A stretch of DNA of 64,000 bases from Armatimonadota bacterium. GTDB lineage: Bacteria; Armatimonadota; HRBIN16. The notes beneath the pieces are model-generated. The model searched no databases and had not been told where the DNA came from. It worked only from the letters and a program-made list of their open reading frames with translations. Numbering within the stretch: the stretch's first letter is position 1; every line of letters starts with the position of its first letter. The position numbers were made by a program, and so were the translations under genes. The stretch is taken from NCBI GenBank assembly GCA_963677485.1, contig OY781964.1:2656001-2720000 (forward strand), in the 5' to 3' direction. Shown here piece by piece: positions 1 through 10,559 of the stretch.

Positions 1-548
1 AAGGAATCTTACCCACTTCGTGGGTGCCCGGACGGCCTTGCGGGCATATGCATATGGCTGCTCCGGAGGCTTCCCCCGCGCCCGCTTGCGGGCTGCTATA
101 TCAATTAGCGATGGGTGATGGAACCCCGTTTACGGGGTGATGGAACCCGTCGCAGCGGGGCTGGTGGTTTGTACCGAAGGTGACCGGCCACTATGCCGCG
201 GGTTTAGTCACCCCGCTCTTTTCCAGGGGTATCGCTGTGCTCACCCCTGGCTGTAAGAATCTTACCCACTTCGTGGGTGCCCGGATGGCCTTGCGGCACC
301 GCAGACTGCTTCAGCAGGCTTAGTGGTCAATAGCCGAGACATTTATGTCGCGGCGGGGGGGCGGTTGGTGTAGGCACTTCGCCAGACGGCTCCCAAACGC
401 CCTTCGTGTTCATTGGTGTGAATTCGTGGTTAACACCAGACCTGTAGGATGAGTTGGACGAGTAGGACAGCTATCATACCCTTTGCGCCATTGCCCCTTT
501 GCGCCTTTGCGTTGAATCCCCTCCGCGCCCTCCGCGTCTCCGCGTGAG
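1..548. repeat. Mosaic of intergenic repeat modules
   Basis: aatcttacccacttcgtgggtgcccgg occurs at ~5 and ~258 and again at ~31406; gtgatggaacccgtcgc module recurs at ~57198; ccgcttgcgggctgc recurs at ~59891; 8-9-bp periodic units at 402-548. Confidence 0.8.
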
Positions 549-596
549 ATAACAGCCCTTGCATTTTCTGAAAAAACATGCCAAACTTAAATTACT

Positions 597-689
597 ATGA
601 AACACATGGCGTCTCAGCAATATAGTTCGCCTGTCACATTGTGGCAGTGGTGGTGGTCTTCCGTAGGGGGAACCGCCGCCGGACGCTGA
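597..689 (+). CDS. trpL: trp operon leader peptide MKHMASQQYSSPVTLWQWWWSSVGGTAAGR
   Basis: 30-codon ORF with TGG-CAG-TGG-TGG-TGG at 642-656, directly upstream of a terminator and trpE. Confidence 0.85.
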   Translation: MKHMASQQYSSPVTLWQWWWSSVGGTAAGR

Positions 690-705
690 CGTAAAGACAG
701 TTTTC

Positions 706-745
706 AGGCCGCTAGCTGGTTCCACCCAGCAAGCGGCCTTTTTTT
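706..745 (+). terminator. trp attenuator terminator hairpin
   Basis: aggccgct(706-713)...agcggcct(732-739) running into a T7 tract, between the leader and trpE. Confidence 0.85.
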
Positions 746-820
746 GTGACCAAAATCTACCAAAAGAGGCCAAGGGAGTAAACCCTTAGGCCTCTTTAAG
801 CATTTCTGGAGAGTGAACAG

Positions 821-2257
821 ATGCAAAGCATTCATCCGACATACGATCAGTTCTGCCAAATGGCGGAACCCGGCTGCGTGATACCGGTCTACCGCGAGAT
901 CCTGGCCGATATGGAGACACCCGTTTCGGCTTACCGTAAGCTGATGGCACCGGGTGCTGGCTTCCTGCTGGAGTCCGTGGAGGGCGGAGAGCGCATCGGC
1001 CGATACTCCTTCTTGGGCACGGGCGTGACCGATGTGATGCGGATCGATATCGGCGAGGGAGTGAACCCCATGCCGGCCATCCGAGAGCGGCTGACTGCCC
1101 GTAAATACATCGCCAACCCGGAGCTGCCGCGCTTCTGCGGCGGATGCGTGGGCTACCTTGGTTATGACACCGTACGCGGCTTTGAGAGTCTGCCCGATAC
1201 CCCGCAGGATGACCTCAATATGCCCGACGGCCTGTTGATGTTCCCCGAAACGGTGCTGGTGTTCGACCAGGTGAAGCGCACCATCAAGATCGTCACCGAG
1301 GCAAGAGTGCAGGATGACCCTGGGGCAGCCTACGCGGCGGCGGTCGACCGCCTGGGTCTGACCCTCGCCCGTCTGCGATACCCGCAGAGCGCACCGAACC
1401 CTCAGCCATCGACCGTCAGCTCAGAGGTGTGCAGCAACCTCACCAAGCAGCAGTTCATGCGGTCGGTGGAACAGGCCAAGGAGTACATCGCGGCTGGCGA
1501 GATCATCCAGGTGGTGCTCTCCCAACGCTTCTCCATGGAGCTAAGTGCTCACCCATTCGACCTCTACCGCTCTCTGCGCTGCCTGAACCCCTCGCCCTAC
1601 AGCTTCTATCTCGACTACGGCGACTATCAACTGGTGGGCTCCAGCCCAGAGATACTGGTCACCTGCGAGGGCGGCGAGGTGCGTAACCGTCCGATAGCTG
1701 GCACCCGTCGCCGAGGTGCCACCGACGCCGAGGACCTGCTTCTCGAACGCGAGCTGCTGGCGGACGAAAAAGAGCGTGCGGAGCACATCATGCTGGTCGA
1801 CCTGGGCCGCAATGACATCGGCCGAGTAGCGGAATACGGCACGGTGCGGGTGAACGAGTTGATGGTGGTGGAGCGGTATTCGCACGTGATGCACATCGTC
1901 AGCGATGTGCGCGGCAAGCTTCGCTCCGACCTGGACATGCTGGACACCTTCGAGGCATGCTTCCCGGCCGGCACCGTCTCTGGTGCGCCGAAAGTGCGCG
2001 CGATGCAGATCATCGATGAGCTGGAGACTACCAAACGCGGTCCGTACGCCGGAGCCGTGGGCTATTTCAGCTACGCAGGTGACAGTGACACCTGCATCAC
2101 CATCCGCACCATTCTGGTGAAAGACGGCCGGGCGTATGTGCAGGCCGGCGCGGGGATCGTAGCCGACAGCGACCCTGAAACCGAATTCGTAGAGACCCAA
2201 ACCAAGGCGAAAGCGATGCTCCGATCAGTGGAGCTGGCTCAGCAGGGGCTGGAATAA
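821..2257 (+). CDS. trpE: Anthranilate synthase component I
   Basis: LLES, NPSPY, RPIAGTRRRG, EHIMLVDLGRND, PAGTVSGAPK motifs. Confidence 0.97.
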   Translation: MQSIHPTYDQFCQMAEPGCVIPVYREILADMETPVSAYRKLMAPGAGFLLESVEGGERIGRYSFLGTGVTDVMRIDIGEGVNPMPAIRERLTARKYIANPELPRFCGGCVGYLGYDTVRGFESLPDTPQDDLNMPDGLLMFPETVLVFDQVKRTIKIVTEARVQDDPGAAYAAAVDRLGLTLARLRYPQSAPNPQPSTVSSEVCSNLTKQQFMRSVEQAKEYIAAGEIIQVVLSQRFSMELSAHPFDLYRSLRCLNPSPYSFYLDYGDYQLVGSSPEILVTCEGGEVRNRPIAGTRRRGATDAEDLLLERELLADEKERAEHIMLVDLGRNDIGRVAEYGTVRVNELMVVERYSHVMHIVSDVRGKLRSDLDMLDTFEACFPAGTVSGAPKVRAMQIIDELETTKRGPYAGAVGYFSYAGDSDTCITIRTILVKDGRAYVQAGAGIVADSDPETEFVETQTKAKAMLRSVELAQQGLE

Positions 2258-2269
2258 GGAGAACAGATC

Positions 2270-2839
2270 ATGATACTCATGATAGACAACTTTGATAGCT
2301 TTACCTACAACATCGTGCAGATGCTGGGTGAGCTGGGCGCGGAGGTCGATACCTTCCGCAACAACGCGATCAGCATCGATGAGATTATCAAACTGGCGCC
2401 GCAGGCGGTTATCATCAGCCCTGGACCGGGAAATCCCGACAGCGCGGGTATCTCTCTGGAGATCATCCATCAGTTGGCGGGCGAGCTGCCCATCTACGGC
2501 ATCTGCCTGGGACATCAGACCATCGGTCAGGCGTTCGGCGGTAACATCGTAAGGGCCAAAAAGCTGATGCACGGCAAGAGCTCACCCATCAGCCACGATA
2601 ATCAGGGGCTGTTCAAGGGGCTCAGCCAGCCGTTCGATGCCATCCGCTACCACTCGCTGGTCATCGACAGGGCGACCCTGCCGGAGTGCCTCAGCATCAC
2701 CGCGGAGAGCGATGATGGCGAGATCATGGGCGTGCGCCATAAGAGCCTGCCCATCGAGGGGGTGCAGTTCCACCCCGAATCCGTGTTAACCATCGAAGGA
2801 CGACAAATGCTGAAAAACCTGCTGGAGGCGGTGTCATGA
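2270..2839 (+). CDS. trpG: Anthranilate synthase component II (glutamine amidotransferase)
   Basis: IDNFDSFT, SPGPG, GICLGHQ, RYHSL, QFHPES. Confidence 0.96.
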   Translation: MILMIDNFDSFTYNIVQMLGELGAEVDTFRNNAISIDEIIKLAPQAVIISPGPGNPDSAGISLEIIHQLAGELPIYGICLGHQTIGQAFGGNIVRAKKLMHGKSSPISHDNQGLFKGLSQPFDAIRYHSLVIDRATLPECLSITAESDDGEIMGVRHKSLPIEGVQFHPESVLTIEGRQMLKNLLEAVS

Positions 2840-3858
2840 TTAGGGAAGCCATCAAGGAAGTCGTTGCGGGACAGAGTCTTACTGAGGCCGAAGCCACCGC
2901 GGTGATGAATGAGATCATGGAAGGTGAGGCCACCTCGGCGCAGATCGCCTGCTTCGCCACGGCGGTGCGCATTAAAGGCGAGACGGTGGATGAGATCACC
3001 GGCTTCGTGCGGGCCATGCGCAAGCACTGCATCAAGGTGCGGCCGCAGTCGCAGAACCTGGTGGATACCTGCGGCACCGGCGGCGACAAGCTGCTGACCA
3101 TCAACATCTCCACCGCGGCTGCCTTCGTGGCGGCCGGAGCTGGTGCGCACATCGCCAAGCACGGCAACCGCTCAGCCACGAAAAAGAGCGGCAGTGCGGA
3201 TGTATTGCAGGCGCTGGGCGTGAACCTGAACATCACCCCCGAGGCGGTGGCACAGTGCATCGACCAAATCGGAATCGGCTTTATGTTCGCGCCTTCGCTG
3301 CACCCCGCCATGAAGCACGCGGTCGGGCCGCGAAAAGAGATTGGCATCACCACCGTATTCAATGTGCTCGGGCCGCTGACCAACCCCGCGGGAGCCAACC
3401 GGCAGTTGATGGGTGTGTTTGAAGCAAAAATCACAGAGCTGCTGGCCAACGTGCTGAAGAATCTGGGTGCTGACCGCGCGCTGGTGTTCCACGGCCTGGA
3501 CGGGCTGGATGAGCTGAGCACCATCGGCGAAAGCAAGGTCAGCGAGCTGAGGGACGGGGTGGTCAATACTTACACCGTCACCCCGGAGCAGTTTGGGCTG
3601 CGCAGGTCCGTCATCGACGAACTCGCACCGGATACCGACAGTCCGGAGGGCAACGCCAGTGCACTGCAGGCGATTCTGCGTGGTGAGCCGGGTGCCCGCA
3701 GGGATATCGTGCGGTTGAACGCAGCAGGCGCACTGGTCGTGGCTGGTTTGACCGACGACCTGCACACGGGCCTCGTGATGGCCACGGAGTCGATCGACAG
3801 CGGCGCGGCGCTGCACAGTCTGGAGCAGCTCATCGCGCTTTCGCAGCAGTTGGGCTAA
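2836..3858 (+). CDS. trpD: Anthranilate phosphoribosyltransferase
   Basis: DTCGTGGD, KHGNRS, GSADVL, GPLTNP, GLDE. Confidence 0.97.
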   Translation: MIREAIKEVVAGQSLTEAEATAVMNEIMEGEATSAQIACFATAVRIKGETVDEITGFVRAMRKHCIKVRPQSQNLVDTCGTGGDKLLTINISTAAAFVAAGAGAHIAKHGNRSATKKSGSADVLQALGVNLNITPEAVAQCIDQIGIGFMFAPSLHPAMKHAVGPRKEIGITTVFNVLGPLTNPAGANRQLMGVFEAKITELLANVLKNLGADRALVFHGLDGLDELSTIGESKVSELRDGVVNTYTVTPEQFGLRRSVIDELAPDTDSPEGNASALQAILRGEPGARRDIVRLNAAGALVVAGLTDDLHTGLVMATESIDSGAALHSLEQLIALSQQLG

Positions 3859-3869
3859 TTGGTATGAGC

Positions 3870-3950
3870 GTAGGGGCGTCCCTTGTGGGCGCCCGAACTA
3901 AGATATCGGCGATCAGCAACGTATAGGGCGCCCACAAGGGACGCCCCTAC
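3870..3950. repeat. GTAG-type REP inverted pair inside the trp operon
   Basis: Perfect 25-bp arms gtaggggcgtcccttgtgggcgccc / gggcgcccacaagggacgcccctac. Confidence 0.9.
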
Positions 3951-3988
3951 GGCCAGCAGATATCAGGTTACTTCGAGGAGGGTGAAAT

Positions 3989-4783
3989 ATGATTCTGGAC
4001 ACAATACTGGACCACAAACTGACGGAAGTCGCCAAGGCGAAAAGGTATGCCCCCGTGGAGGAGCTGATCCCCTTACTGCCCGAGGCACCGCCCGTGCGGC
4101 CGTTCGCCAAAGCTCTGAACGCCAAGGGTGGGTTGCCCGCGATCATCGCGGAGGTAAAGAAGGCCAGCCCCAGCGCGGGGGACATCGCCGCGGAGGCCGA
4201 TCCCAAGCAAGTGGCCATGGGTTATGAGCAGAACGGGGCCAGCGCGTTGTCTGTATTGACCGACGAAAAGTTCTTCAACGGCTCGCTGGACTACCTTCGA
4301 CAAATCCGCCAACAGGTGCAAATCCCTCTGCTGCGCAAGGACTTCATCGTCGACCCCTACCAGTTGTATGAAGCCCGTGAGGCAGGGGCCGACGCGGCAC
4401 TGCTGATAGTGGCCGCGTTGAGCTTCCCACTGCTGCAGCAGTTGCGGGAGCTTTGCCGCGAGCTGGGGATGGACGCGCTGGTGGAGGTTCACGATGAGCA
4501 TGAGCTGCAGCACGCGCTGAAGATACAGCCTGATCTTGTGGGCATCAATAACCGCAACCTTCAAAGCTTTGAGATCGACACTGACACCAGCTTCCGGCTG
4601 GCGCGCTTGTTCTTCGACGACCCGCGCAGCGAAGGGGTCAAGCTGGTCAGCGAGAGCGGGATCACCAAGAGCGACACCCTACGCAGCCTCGCGGCGGCTG
4701 GGTTCCACGCTGCGTTGATCGGCACCGCGTTTATGAGGTATCCCGACCCCGGCTCACAGCTTCGCGAGGTGCTGCAGGGATGA
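3989..4783 (+). CDS. trpC: Indole-3-glycerol-phosphate synthase
   Basis: IAEVKKASPS, LRKDFI, GINNRNL, SESGI. Confidence 0.97.
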   Translation: MILDTILDHKLTEVAKAKRYAPVEELIPLLPEAPPVRPFAKALNAKGGLPAIIAEVKKASPSAGDIAAEADPKQVAMGYEQNGASALSVLTDEKFFNGSLDYLRQIRQQVQIPLLRKDFIVDPYQLYEAREAGADAALLIVAALSFPLLQQLRELCRELGMDALVEVHDEHELQHALKIQPDLVGINNRNLQSFEIDTDTSFRLARLFFDDPRSEGVKLVSESGITKSDTLRSLAAAGFHAALIGTAFMRYPDPGSQLREVLQG

Positions 4784-5379
4784 TCATCAAGATATGCGGT
4801 ATCACCAGCCTGGAGGACGCGCTCTGTGTGCAGGGGGCGGGTGCGCAGATGATCGGGTTTGTGTTCGCCCCCTCGCCGCGGCAGGTGAGCGTTCAGCAGG
4901 CATTAGAGATCATCAGCGGGTTGTCCGGCTCGTTGAAGACTGTGGGCGTATTCACCCAGCCGCGGCAGCAGATTCTGGACATCCTGCAGCAGGTGCCGCT
5001 GGACTACGTGCAGTTGCACGGTGACCAGCCGGAGGAGCTGACCGATGAACTGGGGCCTAATCGGGTGATCCGCGCGGTGCGTGTGCGGGATGCTGCCACA
5101 CTGGAGAAAGCGATAACCCATCAGGGAACCTTGCTGCTGGATGCCTACAGCCCAATCGCCGCTGGTGGCACGGGCCAGAGCTTCGACTGGCGCCTGCTAA
5201 CAGGTTATCCACGCGACTACATGCTATCGGGCGGGCTGACACCCGCCAATGTGGGTGAGGCGGTGTCTACGCTCAAACCCTACGGACTGGACATCTCCAG
5301 CGGGGTAGAATCGGCCCCTGGAGTGAAGAACCACAAACTAATAGAGGAGTTTATACAAAATGCCAACAGAGCTAGATAA
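4780..5379 (+). CDS. trpF: Phosphoribosylanthranilate isomerase
   Basis: [28 protein letters not shown]. Confidence 0.96.
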   Translation: MIIKICGITSLEDALCVQGAGAQMIGFVFAPSPRQVSVQQALEIISGLSGSLKTVGVFTQPRQQILDILQQVPLDYVQLHGDQPEELTDELGPNRVIRAVRVRDAATLEKAITHQGTLLLDAYSPIAAGGTGQSFDWRLLTGYPRDYMLSGGLTPANVGEAVSTLKPYGLDISSGVESAPGVKNHKLIEEFIQNANRAR

Positions 5380-6577
5380 TACAGCATCCGCCAAACCGGG
5401 CCGTTTTGGGCAGTTCGGCGGGGCGTATGTGCCTGAGACGCTGGTGCCGGCACTGGATGAGCTGGAGGCTGTCTATCGCACCGCGAAAGACGACCCAGCC
5501 TATCAGCAAGAGCTGGACCATTACTTGAAATATTACGTGGGACGCGAGACGCCAATCACCTTCGCCTCGCGGCTGACCGAGCAGCTTGGAGGCGCACGCA
5601 TCTACCTGAAGCGCGAGGACCTCTGCCACACGGGTGCTCACAAACTGAACAACGTGATGGGTCAGATCCTGCTGGCCAGGCGCATGGGCAAGAAGCGCAT
5701 CATCGCCGAAACCGGCGCGGGTCAGCACGGCGTGGCCACCGCCACCGTGTGTGCGCTGTTTGGGTTGACTTGCGTGGTGTATATGGGCGAGGAGGACACG
5801 CAGCGGCAGGAGCTGAACGTGTTCCGCATGAAGCTGCTGGGGGCCACGGTGATCCCTGTGACCAGCGGCACCAAGACGCTCAAGGATGCCACCAGCGAGG
5901 CGATCCGTGACTGGGTGGCCAATGTGCGCGACACCTTCTACGTGATCGGCTCCGTGATTGGACCGCACCCGTATCCCATGATGGTGCGCGACTTCCAGAG
6001 CGTGATCGGCACCGAAACCCGCCGACAGATGCTGGAGCTGACGGGAAAATTGCCCGACGCGCTCGTAGCCTGTGTAGGTGGAGGCAGCAACGCCATGGGC
6101 ATGTTCTACCCCTTCCGTAACGACCGCTCTGTGCAGAAGATCGGCGTGGAGGCGGCTGGTGAAGGTCTGGATACCCCGAAGCATTGCGCCACCCTCAGCC
6201 TGGGACGCCCCGGCGTGCTTCACGGCACCATGACCTACCTGCTGCAATCCGACGACGGCCAGGTGCAGCTCACGCATTCCATCTCTGCGGGGTTGGACTA
6301 CCCGGGTGTGGGTCCTGAGCACAGCCATTTCAAGGATGCCGGCATCGCACAGTATCGCTGTGCGACCGATGAGGAGGCGCTGCAGGCCTTCATCCGGCTG
6401 AGCCAGGCTGAGGGCATCATCCCGGCACTGGAGAGCTCGCACGCGGTGGCGGAAGTGTTGAAGATGGCACCGAGCATGAGCACCGATCAGAACATTGTGA
6501 TCTGCCTGTCGGGACGTGGCGATAAGGACGTTGACCAGGTGCAGCGGATGCTGATGCAGAGGGGGGATATCCAATGA
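5360..6577 (+). CDS. trpB: Tryptophan synthase beta subunit
   Basis: [35 protein letters not shown]. Confidence 0.98.
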   Translation: MPTELDNTASAKPGRFGQFGGAYVPETLVPALDELEAVYRTAKDDPAYQQELDHYLKYYVGRETPITFASRLTEQLGGARIYLKREDLCHTGAHKLNNVMGQILLARRMGKKRIIAETGAGQHGVATATVCALFGLTCVVYMGEEDTQRQELNVFRMKLLGATVIPVTSGTKTLKDATSEAIRDWVANVRDTFYVIGSVIGPHPYPMMVRDFQSVIGTETRRQMLELTGKLPDALVACVGGGSNAMGMFYPFRNDRSVQKIGVEAAGEGLDTPKHCATLSLGRPGVLHGTMTYLLQSDDGQVQLTHSISAGLDYPGVGPEHSHFKDAGIAQYRCATDEEALQAFIRLSQAEGIIPALESSHAVAEVLKMAPSMSTDQNIVICLSGRGDKDVDQVQRMLMQRGDIQ

Positions 6578-7365
6578 ACCGCTTGATGAACCGTATGAAC
6601 GAGAACAAGCAGGCTGGCCGAAAATCACTGGTCTGCTTCCTGACCGCCGGTGATCCCAGCCAGGACGAGACTTTCCAGCTCGTGTTGGCTGCAGAGCGTG
6701 CTGGCTGCGACACCATCGAGCTGGGGATACCCTTTAGCGATCCCATGGCCGATGGTCCGGTCATCCAGGCCGCGAACAGCCGGGCACTGGCGAACCACGT
6801 CAGCCTGCACGATGTGCTGGCACTGGTAGCGCGCATCCGGCAGGAGAGCCAGTTTCCGATAGTGATCATGACCTACCTCAACCCAGTGATGAGCTACGGC
6901 ATCGAGAGCTTCGCTGTTGATGCCGAGAAGGCCGGGGTGGATGGCGTGATCCTGGTGGATGTGCCTCTGGGCGAGGCCGAAGAGGGGCTGGTATTATTGA
7001 ATGCGCACAATATCTGTCCGGTGATGCTGGCCGCACCCACGAGCACCGATGAACGGCTGGAAGATATCTGCCGACAGGCGAAAGGGTTCCTATACGCCGT
7101 GGCGCGCATGGGCGTGACCGGGGCCTACACCGATGCGCCGTCTGAGCTGCCGTTGCTGATGGAGCGCATCCGCAAGCACACCGATATGCCCGTGATGGCC
7201 GGTTTTGGCATCAGCAACCCCGAGCTGGCGAAGTCGGTGGCTGTGTATACCGATGGGGTGATCGTGGGCAGCGCGCTGGTGACCGTCATCGCGGAGGCGT
7301 CCGACCGCGTCGGTGCCGCCACGGCATTCATTACCGCCATGCGCTGCGCGTTGGACGAGGTGTAG
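6574..7365 (+). CDS. trpA: Tryptophan synthase alpha subunit
   Basis: [31 protein letters not shown]. Confidence 0.97.
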   Translation: MNRLMNRMNENKQAGRKSLVCFLTAGDPSQDETFQLVLAAERAGCDTIELGIPFSDPMADGPVIQAANSRALANHVSLHDVLALVARIRQESQFPIVIMTYLNPVMSYGIESFAVDAEKAGVDGVILVDVPLGEAEEGLVLLNAHNICPVMLAAPTSTDERLEDICRQAKGFLYAVARMGVTGAYTDAPSELPLLMERIRKHTDMPVMAGFGISNPELAKSVAVYTDGVIVGSALVTVIAEASDRVGAATAFITAMRCALDEV

Positions 7366-7387
7366 GGGGAATGTGGTCAGGGCCCAC

Positions 7388-7488
7388 GTAGGGGCGGGGT
7401 TACCCCGCCCTTGGGCACGGAAACCGCGCCTGGGTTGGATATGGTGTGGGCGGGTTGGATATGGTGGGCGGGGAGACCCCGCCCCTAC
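7388..7488. repeat. GTAG-type REP inverted pair between convergent trpA and prs
   Basis: gtaggggcggggttaccccgccc ... gggcggggagaccccgcccctac. Confidence 0.88.
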
Positions 7489-7492
7489 GGGA

Positions 7493-8671
7493 CTAAAACT
7501 CGCGCCACTTGGGGTGGCGGGGGTTCTTGCTGCTCATATCTACGCTGTAAAGCGGCGGCTCCAGGTGGCTGATGTCTTGACCCAGTGCTTCCAGCACGCT
7601 GCGGCTGACCCAACGCTCCAGCTTCAGCACCGTCAGCTTCCGGCGCAGCCGACCTTGCATGTCGCGGTTCAGTACGCTGGGGATGGTGTTGGTGGTCACA
7701 ATCTCATCGATCTCAGGACCAGCCAGGTTCTCACGACCCTCCGGTGAGGAGTAGAAGTGCGTCACGAAAAACACCACGCGCCGAGCTCCCAGCTCTTTCA
7801 GCAGACGGCAGCTTTCACGGATGGTGACGCCTGTGCGCACCATATCGTCAAAAACAATCACATCCTTGCCGGCCACTTCACTGGCGGGGGTGGGGCTTTG
7901 CGGGTCAATGGCGATTTCCACATTACGCTCGCCGCGCCGCTCTTTGCTGGCGAACACCAGATTGGTATTCAGCGTGTTCATTTGGTTGAACACCTGCACC
8001 GCAAATTCACGAGCGCCTTTATCGGGCGCGCACACCAGCAGACCGTCGCCGCTGTGCAGGTTGGGGGTCACATCGCTGTTGCGGATGTAGTCGGCGTATA
8101 CACGGGCGGGGTTCAGGTTACGCAGCCCGCCGGGCATCACCTGCTCAAACAGCCGCTGTACACTGTCGCTGTGGTTCTGCACCGTCACCACCGTGTCCAC
8201 GCCAGCCAGTGCCAGGCACTGCGCGTAGAGGCGGCTTGAGAACGGCTGACCATCGAATTTCTTGTAGTCGGCATCGGAACGAACGAAATCCACATTACCG
8301 TGATCTGGCCGAGGACCGCGGTCCTGCGCGCTATAGAACAGATCCGGCTCCACCAGGCAGATATTTTCCGCACCGTTGTCTTTGGCGGCACGAGCCACCA
8401 GCATGTTTCGCCAGGCAAGCTCATTTCGGCTAAGCTGGTTGGAGTGCGTGGTGACCAGCACCACATGCTTGCCTTTCAGCTTGTTGCCCACATCGCGCAT
8501 GTCGCCCTCGTCGCTAATAAATCGGGGACAGAACTCGCTATTGGCGTAGGATTTCAGCGCAATGATGTCATAGATATCCGTCGTTTGTCGGCACGCGGCA
8601 GCCACGTCCATAGCGAACGGATTATCCGAATCGCTCGAAATGATCAGCAGTGAAGACTCCTGGGGTATCAT
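7493..8671 (-). CDS. prs: Ribose-phosphate pyrophosphokinase (long, divergent form)
   Basis: FYSAQDR, CAPDKGA, KER, IVFDDMVRTG PRPP-binding motif, VTTNTIP. Confidence 0.85.
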   Translation of the reverse strand: MIPQESSLLIISSDSDNPFAMDVAAACRQTTDIYDIIALKSYANSEFCPRFISDEGDMRDVGNKLKGKHVVLVTTHSNQLSRNELAWRNMLVARAAKDNGAENICLVEPDLFYSAQDRGPRPDHGNVDFVRSDADYKKFDGQPFSSRLYAQCLALAGVDTVVTVQNHSDSVQRLFEQVMPGGLRNLNPARVYADYIRNSDVTPNLHSGDGLLVCAPDKGAREFAVQVFNQMNTLNTNLVFASKERRGERNVEIAIDPQSPTPASEVAGKDVIVFDDMVRTGVTIRESCRLLKELGARRVVFFVTHFYSSPEGRENLAGPEIDEIVTTNTIPSVLNRDMQGRLRRKLTVLKLERWVSRSVLEALGQDISHLEPPLYSVDMSSKNPRHPKWREF

Positions 8672-8779
8672 GCGAAAGTCCTTTCAGCCGATGCGGTGGA
8701 GTTCAGCATCGAGTGTTCACATTGGTTATTTTAACACAGCGCGCGGATTTGTTAAGATATAATAGTTATGGCGTGCTAT

Positions 8780-8866
8780 GGAGAGGTGTCCGAGCGGTTG
8801 AAGGAACCGGTCTTGAAAACCGGCAGGTGAATAGCCTCGCGGGTTCGAATCCCGCCCTCTCCGCCA
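8780..8866 (+). tRNA. tRNA-Ser(TGA)
   Basis: GGAGAGG/CCTCTCC acceptor stem, anticodon arm ccggt-ctTGAaa-accgg, long variable arm, GGTTCGAATCC, encoded CCA. Confidence 0.97.
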
Positions 8867-8878
8867 GATTTACGCCAT

Positions 8879-8917
8879 CGGCGGCTGCGATTGATACCAA
8901 TCGCAGCCGCCGGTTTT
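8879..8917. terminator. Intrinsic terminator after tRNA-Ser
   Basis: cggcggctgcgattg...caatcgcagccgccg followed by gtttt. Confidence 0.8.
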
Positions 8918-8939
8918 GTATATCGTGACGGGATCTTCG

Positions 8940-10427
8940 CTATTTCCCTATCAGCTTCAGTATCTCATCCGCCGCCTTTTCCGCTTCGGCATACTGCCCC
9001 GCCTTCATGTAATTCTCCAGCTTCTGGGCTAACGGCTGAATCTCTTTCGGCCCATACTTTTGAGCATATACCGGCATCTCTTTTTGAATCCTGTGCATCT
9101 TCGTGATGAAGGCGGTGGTGGGCATACCGCCCAGCGCCTGATCCTCTTGAAGCTTCTCGCCCCGCAGGAACTCCCGGTAGGCCTCAAGCGCCTTCGGGTT
9201 TTCCGCCACTTTACGGAACGGGTTATTGGCATCCCCCACGGCCCATCCAAACACATTCACCAGCTCCGCGCCGTGGTTGTATAGGTTCCCCAGATAGGCC
9301 TCCATCGACATGCTTTTGCCGCCCTTGTCCGCCTGACCGGGATCCATCGCCGTGCCTTCAGAGGAGGCCCAGGCGATATTGCCATGCTTCTTCACCTCAT
9401 CATAGATGGCGTCCAGGTGCCCGGGCATGGGATAGGTGCTGAAACCCGGTTTATGGTGAGGTCCGAATGCCACTCGTGGCGGTGTGAAGTGGATAGACGC
9501 TAGATAGCTTCGACCCTGTTTGGCCATGTCTGGGTTATGAGCAATTTCCGGCGAGAAGGCGATGTGCGAGTATATCTTCGCATCGGGCACACCGGCGTCT
9601 GTAAGCGACTTGGCCCAAAAGTCCACAAACTCTTGAACTATGGCAACCCGCTCTTCATCAGTATCTTTCGGAAGGTTGGTGGCACTGAACCCCTTCCTCT
9701 TCAGAGCGTTGTATCCCAGCGATTCATCGCTGACGAAGTCGCGCCCAATCTGCGTCTCCCATCCGTTGATCACACCGATGAAGAGGTGCTCCTTCTTCGC
9801 GGCCTTCAATGCGGCCAGACCCCTCTTCACTTCCGCTCCAACTAAAGCCGACCGCTTTTTCACTTCCTGCAGCACCGCGGGGCTGTTCAGGCATAGCTGC
9901 GGCATGATTTTGGTGGGGGTAGACGACCAGTCAAGCCGCCGACCGGTATTGGGTGTTCCCTTCCAGTCAGTCCATTCCACATTCTCGGGTTTATTGAGGT
10001 TGGACACCCGCTCCCAGAACATCGAGTCGTCCACATGGAATCCCACGGCGATGTTGTTCTTCAGGGCGATGTCGAACGAGCTGCGCATCAACTGTTGAAT
10101 CTGCGCATCGGTGTGGTTGAATGACAGTGGACCAGTGATGAACCCCAATTTGGTGGTTTTACTGCCCACTGTGCCGATTTGCCGTATGATGGCGTCTACT
10201 GTAGTAGCTACCCCGTTCAAAAGCGGGGGGAAGTTGACCCGCCCGGTCTTGTCGTCGGCCTGGGTGAAAATCTGAAACGCAAGGTACTTGGTCGGCATGG
10301 TCTCTGCTCCCTTTGCTGATGGAAGTTCCTGCGTGTTTAACGGTGGGTTGCTATGTCTTGGAGACAAGGCCCATCCAATGAACAGGAATATCAAAATCGA
10401 GTAGATGACGGCAGATTTGCGATTCAT
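8940..10427 (-). CDS. Secreted or membrane-anchored protein, possible glycoside hydrolase TIM barrel
   Basis: N-terminal hydrophobic segment after MNRK; GWE and SSEG acidic motifs at GH-like spacing (inference); start placed at the second Met. Confidence 0.55.
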   Translation of the reverse strand: MNRKSAVIYSILIFLFIGWALSPRHSNPPLNTQELPSAKGAETMPTKYLAFQIFTQADDKTGRVNFPPLLNGVATTVDAIIRQIGTVGSKTTKLGFITGPLSFNHTDAQIQQLMRSSFDIALKNNIAVGFHVDDSMFWERVSNLNKPENVEWTDWKGTPNTGRRLDWSSTPTKIMPQLCLNSPAVLQEVKKRSALVGAEVKRGLAALKAAKKEHLFIGVINGWETQIGRDFVSDESLGYNALKRKGFSATNLPKDTDEERVAIVQEFVDFWAKSLTDAGVPDAKIYSHIAFSPEIAHNPDMAKQGRSYLASIHFTPPRVAFGPHHKPGFSTYPMPGHLDAIYDEVKKHGNIAWASSEGTAMDPGQADKGGKSMSMEAYLGNLYNHGAELVNVFGWAVGDANNPFRKVAENPKALEAYREFLRGEKLQEDQALGGMPTTAFITKMHRIQKEMPVYAQKYGPKEIQPLAQKLENYMKAGQYAEAEKAADEILKLIGK

Positions 10428-10559
10428 AGCTTTATCAATCTCCCGCGGAAATGCAGCCTTTCCGTGAATGCTGTTTGTGAGGCTGTAGCTATACAATACA
10501 CTATTGCGACGACAAAAGTGATCCGGTGCAAATCAGCCGGGCAACCCAAGGAGACTGAC

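Noticed and set aside
474-773. 99-aa minus-strand ORF
   Set aside because: Antisense to the trp leader/attenuator and runs through repeat modules
600-820. T-box or TRAP control of trp
   Set aside because: No T-box consensus or (G/U)AG repeat run; the leader peptide explains the region
5372-6628. Long antisense ORFs (418 aa here, 435 aa at 29346-30653, 256 aa at 48107-48877)
   Set aside because: Antisense shadows of GC-rich genes with no motifs of their own
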